DNA of 64,000 nucleotides, from contig NC_043024.1 of NCBI RefSeq assembly GCF_006345805.1, positions 19,468,001 through 19,532,000 on the forward strand, written 5' to 3'. Source of the stretch: Octopus sinensis (taxonomy: Eukaryota). The position numbers were made by a program, and so were the translations under genes. This document shows, piece after piece, positions 24,171 to 34,915 of the stretch. How positions within the stretch are numbered: the first letter of the stretch is position 1; the number at the start of each line of letters is the position of its first letter. The notes below the pieces were generated by a model. It searched no databases, was not told the origin of the DNA, and was given only the letters and a program-made list of their open reading frames with translations.

Positions 24171-25827
24171 CAGGTTTGGGTGCTTTTAACATGTCACCAG
24201 CACAAATGCCTCCTAGGTGTCACTGACACAAGTGCCTCACATGTGTCACTGGCATGTGCGCCTTTCAAGTGTCATCAGCACTGACCACAACTATGATTTC
24301 AGCAAGGCTGACATGTTTTCTTAAGCACAGCAAATCACCAACAATCTCAGTCACTTGTCATTGCCTCCCTGAGACAGAACATTCAACGATCATATTTTAT
24401 CACTTCATCCTATGTCTTCCTGGGTGTACCTCTTCCATAAGTTCCCTTGTGCAGCTGCATGTGTGAAGATATGTCTGGCTGTAGGATAATGTAACCTTGC
24501 TTAGAAACAGGTAAGGGTTGGTGACAGGAAATGTATCATCATCATCATCTAATGTCCTTCCATGCTGGCATGTGTTGGAGGCTTTGACAGGAGATGAAAA
24601 GTCGGAAGACTGTGCTAAGCTCCATCAGTCTTTTTTGGCGTGGTTTTAATGGCTGCATGCCCTTCCTAATGCCAACCACCTTGCAGAATGTACTGGGAGC
24701 TTTTTGCGGCACCAGCAGCAAGGCGGTGACTGAGTAACGTGCAAGTCAAAACCCCCTCAACTGAGTAGGAGTAGTATTGAGGGAGGTGACTTACCACACA
24801 GCCACTCCTACGCCTATATTTTTTTTTTGCATATATAAATATTTTTTCTTAGTTTATCAGTTATTGGACTGTGGCTGGGCTGAATAGAGAGACAGAAATA
24901 GATGTGTTGCAGTAGAGAAGATACAGGTATACCTCAGATGGGGTAAAAGAGAGAGAGAGAGAAGAGGGGAATTGAAAGAGACAAAGGAGAAGAGTAGAAG
25001 GAGGGAGGAGAAGAGAATAGAGAGAGGAGAGAGATCTACATATGTTATAATCATTAAGATCATCATCATTATGATCATCACCATCATTATGATCATCATC
25101 ATCATCATCCCCAACATTCAATGTCCATTCTCCGTGCTGACATGGATTGCAGAGTTTGACAGCATCTGACAAACCGCAGGACCATGTCAGCATCAGTGTC
25201 ATAGTTTCTATGACTGGATACGCTTTCTAATGCCAACAACTTTACAGAGCATACTGAAGTACAGTGGGTGCTTTTTACATGGCACGAGCATCAGTGAGGT
25301 CACCAAATAATTTGCAGGACCTCTCAACCGAGTGACGGGGAGCATATTGTGGGTGGTAGTTTTGCGGAAGGTGGCTTTGTGTTGAGGAATTAGGGAATGA
25401 ATCAAGGAACAGAAACAAGAGTTCAGATGCAGAGGAGATATGTGGCTGCCTCAGATGGAAAGAACTGTAGGTAAACTGACTCAGTAAACTCCAATAAAGC
25501 GTAACACAAAACAATGATGATGTAAACATACAACCACATATGCACACCCAATTGTTTTTTTTTCCTTTTCTTTTTACAACCTATCATAGATACACTTAAT
25601 GTTGTATTGATCATTTATAGAATATTGATTTGTAACATAAACACAAGGCCACTAAGTTTATGACCTATGAAGAATCAATGAAATCAATATAGTTTTTTAT
25701 TGATTCTCTATGTAATCAATACCATCTTCATCACCACTATCTGTTAACATCTTTCTTTTCCTTAGAAAATCCCTTCTCAGCAAAGAAATAAACTCATTGT
25801 CATTTTTTTTTTTTAGTTAGTTTGATG

Positions 25828-26217
25828 CTCTTTACTCTCTTGACTTGTTTCAGTCATTTGACTGTGGCCATGCTGGAGCACTGCCTTTAGTCGAGCAAAT
25901 CAATCCCAGGACTTATTCTTTGTAAGCCTAGTACTTTTTCTATCGGTCTCTTTTGTCGAACCGCTAAGTTATGGGGATGTAAACACGCCACCATCAGTTG
26001 TCAAGCAATGTTGGGGGGACAAACACAGACACACACACACATATATACATATATACGACAGGCTTCTTTCAGTTTCCGTCTACCAAACTCACAAGGCTTT
26101 GGTTGGCCCTAGGCTATAGTAGAAGACACTTGCCCAAGGTGCCACACAGTGGGACTGAACCCAGAACCATGTAGTTCATAAGCAAGCTACATACCACACA
26201 GCCACTCCTATGCCTAT
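25828..26217 (-). mobile_element. SINE family A
   Basis: Full consensus in reverse orientation. Confidence 0.88.
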
Positions 26218-26899
26218 ATTTTTTTTTTGCATATATATATTTTTTTAGTCAATCAGTTATTGAACTGTGGCTATGCTGGAGCACCACCTTGAAGGATTTT
26301 AGTAAAAGAAATTGACTTCAGTACTTAAGTTTTCTTTTTTCTTTTAAATCTGCTACTGTTCTATCAGTCTCTTTTGCTGAACTGCTAAGACATGCCGGTT
26401 GTAAACCAGTGATGAGGGACAACCAAATAAACAGACACACTTACACACACACACATATGTATACACACACATGTACCTACACACACACATGCATGTACAT
26501 TGTTGACATCATAGGAATTTATAAACTTTTGAGAGTACAAAACAATGCGAAACAAGTCTTTTTCTTATGTAACAGTGGATCTTGAAGCACTTAAAGCTGT
26601 AAATAATATATTTCTAACTTCCAAAGAAAAAAAAACAGACTGTGTGTCTGTGTGTCTGTGTAGGCATATGATGGGCTTCCACATAGTTTCCATTTATCAA
26701 ATTCATTCACAAGGTATTGGTTGCTCTGGGGTGATAGTAGAAGACACTTGCCCCTCCCCAAGGTGCTGGGCTGTGGGGCTGAACCCAAGACCTCATAGTT
26801 GCCTAAATGTGAACTGACTTTATTGTAATTGTGGCTTCTTTTATCTTCTATTGGTTTCAGCCAAAGTCTGAGGCCATGCTGGAGCACCGCCTTTCAGTG

Positions 26900-27150
26900 T
26901 TTTGGGGTCTCCTCCCTGTACTGTTTTTTACAAAGAAGCAAAGAGGGGCTACCTCTTCTTTGTGCCTCCTGCTATGATGTGGATTCATCTGGGATTTCGG
27001 ATAGAAATTTGTTCAGATGTTTTCTGAAGTTCTCCACATCTACACCTTGCAAATCTTTGGGGCTGTTTGAAAGGATGTTCAACAGAGATGGTCACCAGAA
27101 ACTCAGGCTATTGTGGTACTGAATCTTTATTCAAGATGGTTTGGGAATGA
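26900..27150 (-). mobile_element. CR1/L2-group LINE 3' fragment, decayed
   Basis: YHNSLSFW*PSLLNIL...DLQGVDVENFRKHLNKFLSEIPDE. Confidence 0.55.
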
Positions 27151-27261
27151 TTCTGAACTCAAACTGCATAGAGCTGGAATAAATATAAGGAACCCTTTCC
27201 ATGATCCTTGACTGGTATTTTATTTGTTGACCCTAAAAGGATAACAGATAAAGTCAACCTA

Positions 27262-27550
27262 AATGTGTGTGTGTGTGTTTTGGGTCTGTGTGTGTGTGTG
27301 TTTTGGGTCTGTGTGTGTGTGTGTGTGTTTTGGGTCTCTGTGTGTGTGTTTTGGGTCTGTGTGTGTGTGTGTTTTGGGTCTGTGTGTGTGTTTTGGGTCT
27401 GTGTGTATGTGTGTTTTGAGTCTGTGTGTGTGTGTGTTTTGGGTCTGTGTGTGTGTGTTTTGGGTCTGTGTGTGTGTGTTTTGGGTCTGTGTGTGTGTGT
27501 GTGTGTGTTTTGGGTCTGTGTGTGTGTGTGTGTTGGGTCTGTGTGTGTGT
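27262..27550. repeat. Minisatellite TTTTGGGTCT(GT)n, about 13 units
   Basis: Direct reading of the sequence. Confidence 0.95.
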
Positions 27551-27910
27551 TTACTCATGTTATCATTGCATGACAGGTGTAAGGGATTATCACTGGCACA
27601 AATTTCCAATCTTCAATAAAAACATGTCTGGCCACGGAGACATATGACCTTGCTTGGAAACTGGTAAGTGTTGGCTACAGGAAGAGCACCCCATTATAGA
27701 AAATCTGCCTCAACCAATTCTGCTTGACCCATGGAAGCATTGGAAAGTGGACATTAAATGATGAGGAGGATGGAGCTCCTTAGCATAGTGTGCATTGAGG
27801 GTTAGTTATAGATTATCACGATTTTAAATGAAATGCAGTTATGCAGATGATATTAATATATGCCTTCTATGTATGTATATGTGTATGTTTGTATGTGTGT
27901 GTATAAATGT

Positions 27911-27947
<37 letters not shown>

Positions 27948-27976
27948 TGTATATATATATATATATATATATATAT

Positions 27977-28220
27977 GTGCCAGTGGCATGTAAAAAGCAC
28001 CATCCATCCGTGGCCGTTTGCCAGCTCTGTCTGGCACCTGTGCAGGTGGCACGTAAAAAGCACCCACTACACTCACGGAGTGGTTGGCGTTAGGAAGGGC
28101 ATTCAGCCGTAGAAACACTGCCAGATCAGACTGGGCCTGATGCAGCCTTCTGGCTTCACAGACCCCAGTTGAACCGTCCAACCCATGCTAGCATGGAAAG
28201 CGGACGCTAAATGATGATGA

Positions 28221-28223
<3 letters not shown>
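27977..28223 (+). mobile_element. Family D element in (TA)n
   Basis: Two subrepeats and a (GAT)n tail, with (TA)n on both sides. Confidence 0.85.
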
Positions 28224-28256
<33 letters not shown>

Positions 28257-28259
<3 letters not shown>

Positions 28260-28451
28260 GTGAGGTATACTTGCCATCTCAATATGGCTAACCACTAAGG
28301 GTGGGTGTTACTGTAGCTTGTAGCCCCAGAAGAACATCGTCTCCAGCTGGCTTTAGACACAGTGGAGACGATGATCTCCTGGGGCTACAAGCTACAGTAA
28401 CACCCACCCTTAGTGGTTAGCCATATTGAGATGGCAAGTATACCTCACATT
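28257..28451. repeat. Long hairpin: 89-bp arms, 2 mismatches, 17-nt loop
   Basis: 28257-28345 is the reverse complement of 28363-28451. Confidence 0.95.
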
Positions 28452-28520
28452 GTCGTGCAGTTACTGTTTATACCTCGTTCAGAGATTTATTATTGCTTAT
28501 ATATATATATATATATATTA

Positions 28521-28730
28521 CTCTCTTTACTCTTTTACTTGTTTCACTCATTTAACTGCGGCCATGCTGGAGCACCGCTTTTAGTCGATCAAATCGACCC
28601 CGGGACTTATTCTTTGTAAGCCCAGTACTTATTCTATTGGTCTGTTTTGCCGAACCGCTAAGTGACGGGGACGTAAACACACCAGCATCGGTTGTCAAGC
28701 AATGCGAGGGGGACAAACACAGACACACAA

Positions 28731-28763
<33 letters not shown>

Positions 28764-28929
28764 CGACAGGCTTCTTTCAGTTTCCGTCTACCAAATCTAC
28801 TCACAAGGAATTGGTCGGCCCGAGACTATAGTAGAAGACACTTGCCCAAGGTGCCACGCAGTGGGACTGAACCCGGTACCATGTGGTTGGTAAACAAGCT
28901 ACTTACCACACAGCCACTCCTGCACCTAT
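28521..28929 (-). mobile_element. SINE family A
   Basis: Full consensus in reverse orientation. Confidence 0.9.
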
Positions 28930-28998
28930 ATATATATATATATATATATATAAATGTGCATGTATGTGTATATGTCTATGTATATATGTATGTGTATT

Positions 28999-29031
<33 letters not shown>

Positions 29032-29628
29032 GCATGTGTGTATATATATATGCATGAGTATATATGTATGTGTGTGTTTGTGCGGGTTCCCTTTTCAGTC
29101 TTCCTAAATTTCAATGTTATCTATTATTCTCAGGTATATATGAATTTCAAATCTATTTCATTTGATTTGTTTGGCGCCATTATGGCGCACAGAAGCTCTT
29201 AGAGAGAATTATGCATTCTCTATTTGCAATAAATATTTCACAAAGGTTAATCAATTTATCTGTGATTGAAATTACTACAAAGACAAAACTGACTCGCTTT
29301 CCTCCTTCTCCCTTATCTCCTTCTTTCTCTTCTTCTTTCTCTCTGTTTCTCTCCTTTCTTCGTGTTCTTTCTTTTAATATGATATAATATACAATTTCAG
29401 TTATTAAATTGAATAACAAAATTTGTTTAATTTTATATTTTTGTTAGATTTTTAAATAATTCTAGGTTTTAAATTTCAATTTTGAAAAGTTATCTAAAAT
29501 TCTGACTTGATCTATAACAGTTTTAGAAAAATGCTGTGTTTTCATATTTTAGTGTAGAGTAAAGAATAATTCCAAATTACACTGTATTATCTGAATTAAT
29601 TGAACAGCAATTTAGCACTGACATCTAG

Positions 29629-29696
29629 CAAAGCCAAGGTACTCCAGACTGATGAAGGGCAACTACTCTAAAACTAGTCTCTGGTTGCTGGCTTTG
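29629..29696 (+). ncRNA. Type I hammerhead motif with G12A change (probably inactive)
   Basis: CAAAGCCA..CCAGA-CUGAUGA-AGGG[CAACUA]CUCU-AAAAC-UA-GUC^UCUGG..UGGCUUUG. Confidence 0.7.
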
Positions 29697-29857
29697 TTGG
29701 GTGGAGGTGCTTATCTCCCCTGTTTGAAAACTTAAGGACACAGAATGCTTGTGTCACACAGCCAATGGTGTTTATTGGAGCTAAATAGTAGTAGCATTCT
29801 TCCCTTTCCTGGGACTGTCATATTAAGCTGGCAACAAACCATCACTCTATCATTAAA

Positions 29858-30090
29858 AGGGAAACCCAGAAAGACATGGGATGAAGCCCTGAAGGACAGC
29901 CTCAGGGCACTGAACCTTATGGAAGAGATGTCAAAGGACCAAGATATCTGGCACCAAGCTGTACTCAAGAAGACCTGTCTTCCACTGCAGAAGTGTTGAT
30001 GCTACTCCCTCTTCATGAAGGAGATTGGCCTACAAGAGTCCTTTCTTCATGCCACGTAAAAAGCTCTTATCCCAGTTCCATGTAAAAAGC
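29858..30090 (+). mobile_element. Short RTE 3' fragment
   Basis: GKPRKTWDEALKDSLRALNL..DIWHQAV followed by family D-like subrepeats. Confidence 0.65.
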
Positions 30091-30336
30091 ACCCAGTATA
30101 CACAGCCATGCCTATATATATATAAATTTCAGTATCTATCAACGAAATCAATTGAAGGCATTAGTTGACCAGGAATTGTAAGAGAAGGTGCAACACTGTG
30201 GGTCTGAACCTAAAAGCATGTGGTTGGGAAACGGATTTCATAAGCACACAGCTGGGCCAACGTCTGTTGGCTATAGGGACATAAACAAACCAGTATTTGC
30301 TGCCAAGTATACACTATATATGTGTATGTATGTATA

Positions 30337-30389
<53 letters not shown>

Positions 30390-30416
30390 GGATATATATG
30401 TATAGGTATATGTATG

Positions 30417-30457
<41 letters not shown>

Positions 30458-30495
30458 TTCGAGACATAAATTTGGATTTATTCCCTAATATTTAT

Positions 30496-30528
<33 letters not shown>

Positions 30529-30565
30529 ATATATATATATATATATATGGATATATATGTATAGG

Positions 30566-30612
<47 letters not shown>

Positions 30613-30618
30613 TATATA

Positions 30619-30660
<42 letters not shown>

Positions 30661-31460
30661 GTATATATATGTATGTAGTAGGCTTCTACATAGTTTCCAT
30701 CCACCATATCTATTCATAAGCATTAGTTGGCCTGGCTCTATTGTAGATTACACTTGCCCAACGTGCCATAGAGTGGTAATGAACCCAAAGCCAGCTGCTC
30801 ACCCTCTTAGCCGTGCATGTACCTATTCGTTACTGAAGAAAATGTTTATGAGAATGTGTAATTAAAATAATGGATAATCTATGCAAGTTTAGGGCATAAA
30901 TTCTTGTTTCTTTAATTACGGTTTCTCATAAATATCTCCTGTGGTATCCTAAAGATTTCTAATTATTTTGTCAACACCAGACTAAAATGACTTTGATTGC
31001 TGGCAGCTAACAACGATGAAGTGAAAAGTTTGCTACTGAAATATATTCTGCAGTGATCCTTCATATTACGAATTTAACCTTTTCTCTAGCATTTGTTACC
31101 ATTTTTCTGTTGAAATACATCATCTTCGTTTCAATTAATTTTGAAAATAATGAACAATTTAGGAAAATGACTTTGTCATTATTGTCATTATTAAGCAGGT
31201 GTTTCGAATATAAATTAACGGGAAATTTTATTTGAAGGTTTTTAATTTAGATTGTTTTAAAACAAGAAGCTTGTTTTATTGAACCAAGGATGTTCTGTCT
31301 GGTTGCTATGATAGGAGTTACCTCTTTTGGTTCTATATTTCTGTTGAAGGTCACTTGCTTTCGTTTCAGTAAATTTTGAAAATAAGAAGAATTTAGCAAA
31401 ATAACATTTCGTTTTTGGATTTGGTTTGCAAGATTCTTTATATGAATAAAACAAAATAAC

Positions 31461-31870
31461 ATAGGCGCAGGAGTGGCTGTGTGGTAAGTAGCTTGCTTAC
31501 CAACCACATGGTTCTAGGTTCAGTCCCACTGCGTGGCATCTTGGGCAAGTGTCTTCTGCTATGGCCCCGGGCCGACCAAAGCCTTGTGAGTGGATTTGGT
31601 AGACGAAAACTGAAAGAAGCCTGTCGTATATATGTATATATATATGTGTGTGTATATGTTTGTGTGACTGTGTTTGTGCCCCTAGCATTGCTTGACAACC
31701 GATGCTGGTGTGTTTACGTCCCCGTCACTTAGCGGTTCGGCAAAAGAGACCGATAGAATAAGTACTGGGCTTACAAAGAATAAGACCCGGGGTCGATTTG
31801 GTCGACTAAAGGCGGTGCTCCAGCATGGCTGCAGTCAAATGACTGAAGCAAGTAAAAGAGTAAAAAGAGA
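31461..31870 (+). mobile_element. SINE family A
   Basis: Full consensus. Confidence 0.9.
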
Positions 31871-32094
31871 GTATAAGCAAACTAATATAAGAGATGCACA
31901 CACAAGGAGACAGAGGTGCATGCATATACAAACACACGCTCACACACACACATACATAGAAAATACACAAACACGGACATGCAAGCACATAAATATGCAG
32001 GATACGTGCATGCATGCATGTATAGGCACACGCACACTGACCCCCACACATGCGCAGAAACAAACAAAAGGGAACGCAGTGTAAATAAGGGACA

Positions 32095-32290
32095 GAGTCA
32101 AGACTATTGAAAAGGTTTCAAGAGGCAACGAAAATTTTAGGAAAATAAAAATAAGAAATGAGTGGAAATTTTACCGGTGAGTGTGTTAAATAATAAGGCA
32201 CTAAAAGAGAATGACCCTCCCCAGACACAACAGAATATGCTTCAACACCCGAACTCACATAAAGAATCTTGCAAACCAAATCCAAAAACG

Positions 32291-32330
<40 letters not shown>

Positions 32331-32812
32331 TGTTGTGTCTGGGGAGAGTCATTTTCTTCTTGTGCCTTATAATGTAACACACTCACCGGTAAAATTCCCA
32401 CTTATTTCTTATTTTTATTTTCCTAAAATTTTTTTGTTGCGTCTTGCAACCTTTTCAATATGTCCAGACCATGCAACAAGACATTGGTAGCATGAGAGAA
32501 GTTACACCACAAGAACATGAAAGAGGGGGAAACTCCTCAATACACACATGGAATGTGGTGCAACCTACTCCAACCTATAAAAAGGACAGCACACAATTTC
32601 CAAAAGGAGAGTCAAGACAATTGAAAAGGTTGCAAGACGCAACGAAAATTTTAGGAAAATAAAAATAAGAAATAAGTGGGAATTTTACCGGTGAGTGTAT
32701 TACATTATAAGGCACAAAAAGAAAGTGACTCTTCCCCAGACACAACAGAATATGTTTCAACATACAACCTCATATAAAGAATCTTGAAAACCAAATCCAA
32801 AAACGAAATATA
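32095..32812. mobile_element. Direct/inverted/direct repeat cluster resembling a Penelope-like insertion
   Basis: The same about 200-bp unit at 32095-32294 (+), 32326-32459 (-, partial), 32609-32812 (+) and 31406-31444 (-, fragment). Confidence 0.55.
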
Positions 32813-32918
32813 AGTTAGTTTTTCAGTTTGTCTGTCCTCCTGAACACTAGCTTCATAACGACAAAGTTCAGCTTTATTATTGTTCGTATTTTAGTGTCTT
32901 TGTCTGAAATCTTTCATC

Positions 32919-33058
32919 ACAAGGTGTCCAGGGCCCTTGTCACAGCTACCTTCATCTTCTCAATGTCTTAAAAACAACTACACCTTAAGTTCTCCTTCAG
33001 CTCGGGGAACAACCAAATATCACAGACAACAAGGTCTGGACTATAGGGAGCGTGAGGG
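32919..33058 (-). mobile_element. mariner transposase C-terminal relic
   Basis: PHAPYSPDLVVCDIWLFPELKENLR...DIEKMKVAVTRALDTL, containing the YSPDL motif. Confidence 0.8.
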
Positions 33059-33177
33059 ACAATTTCACTGTTCATATCTGTCAAGGATCGAATTGGTAAT
33101 CAGGATCGAATTGTGCAAAAATTTGAAACTAATATTATTCTTGTCTACGATATTTTGAACAACTACATATTTTATAT

Positions 33178-33408
33178 TTTAATCCTTTTGATACCAACCT
33201 GCCCCAAAACAGCCCTTTATTTGATAATACAAACTTTCTATTTTAATATCATTTAAATTAAAATATTCCATCAAAATTTCATGTTTTGTTCAAAATACCA
33301 GCTTAATACAATTTTTCCTATATTCTTTCATTATTTTGAAAATTAATTGAAATAAAGGTAATATATTTCTATAGAAACATGATCACAAAAAGGTTAAAAA
33401 CATCTCTG
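33178..33408. mobile_element. piggyBac-like MITE, decayed
   Basis: TTAA-TCCTTTTGATAC at the left end and CAAAAAGG-TTAA at the right end. Confidence 0.45.
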
Positions 33409-34179
33409 CATAAATATATTTATAGAATTATTAAATGGAACATTAGGCAAATCAATGGCACTCATGTTTGTATTCTCATATTCTCTGCATTGTTTGTGTT
33501 TTCCTTTGGAATTTATAACCAAAATGTAAAGATATGACAAATAACTGCTACTCATTCATGAATGACAAAAAATACACACGAGCTAAAAACCCATAATTTG
33601 GTTAAGATTGAACTTCTAACCTTTATCCAATGTTCTTGGTAGATTTAATAATCCATCACCTGATTTAATGCAAACACCTGGTTCTTGGGTGACTTTAGCA
33701 GACTTCGCTCTCTTGTAAGTATTAGGTAAAGCCCTCATATATGAGGATTAGTTCCCCACTTTTCCTCAGTCTCAGAGGTCCTGAAAGAATTAAAACCTCA
33801 TGGGATTTGTCCTTCCCCTTCCAGGCTAGAATTACAAAAAAAGAAAACAATTTCCTTCTTGCATTCTTGTACAAACAGTCTAACAGCCCCATGATATCTG
33901 GTACCTCCTTAACAAGTACCCAGAACTGGAATCAGTTTTAGACAGGTCTCAACAGGTACTGTATAGGCTGGTTTCTTATCTGCTGTTTTACATCATCAGT
34001 CCTATAGCAGGATCGACCCTGGGACCACATTGTCACAAAACTTTAAATCTATGTTCTTAACCACACAACCACACCTGTATGTATGAATTCTGATAAAGCA
34101 TGAAGGGTAACCAGCTTCCAGAAAATCAGACATTTCCAGATTGAAAGGGATGGCTGTAACAACTCTTTGAACACACCTC

Positions 34180-34340
34180 TATTTCTTTACTACCCTCAAG
34201 GGGCTAAACACAGAGAGGACAAACAAGGACATACAAACAGATTAAGTCGATTATATTCACCCCAGTGCGTAACTGGTACTTATTTAATTGACCTCGAAAG
34301 GATGAAAGGCAAAGTCAACCTCAGTGGAATTTGAACTCAC
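34180..34340 (-). mobile_element. SINE family B, head-truncated
   Basis: B tail and core. Confidence 0.8.
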
Positions 34341-34393
34341 CTCACTAAACACTGCTTGTCACAGCTGAATAGTTTTCAGAGTGCAGTGAAGAC

Positions 34394-34520
34394 ATGAAGA
34401 CAATTTCGAAGCTGGCTATGCAATAAAGTTTTGTGTTGAGCTGGGCAAAAACGCTATGAAATGCTCCAGTACGCTAATGGATTAACTTGTATGAGGTGAG
34501 CATCAGTGTTTTGCCACACC
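34394..34520 (+). mobile_element. mariner transposase N-terminal relic
   Basis: YAIKFCVELGKNA../YEMLQ. A homologous, more decayed copy is at about 37300-37420. Confidence 0.65.
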
Positions 34521-34882
34521 TGGCCACACCTAGCCACACAAAAGGCCACACCTGTAAATTCTGAAACAGAACAAAAGGAAACCAACTTCTAAAAAAATCA
34601 GACTTTTCCATCTTCAAATTCAAAGTTTGATATTCTCTTTTTACTCTTTTACTTGTTTCAGTCATTTGACTGTGGCCATGCTGGAGCACCACCTTTAGTC
34701 GAGCAAGTCGACCCCAGGACTTATTCTTTGTAAGCCTAGTACTTATTCTATTAGTCTCTTTTGCCGAACCACTACGTTACAGGGATGTAAACACACCAAC
34801 ATCAGTTGTCAAGCAATATTGGGGGGACAAACACGGACACACAGACATACACACACACACACACACACACAAACACACATAC

Positions 34883-34915
<33 letters not shown>

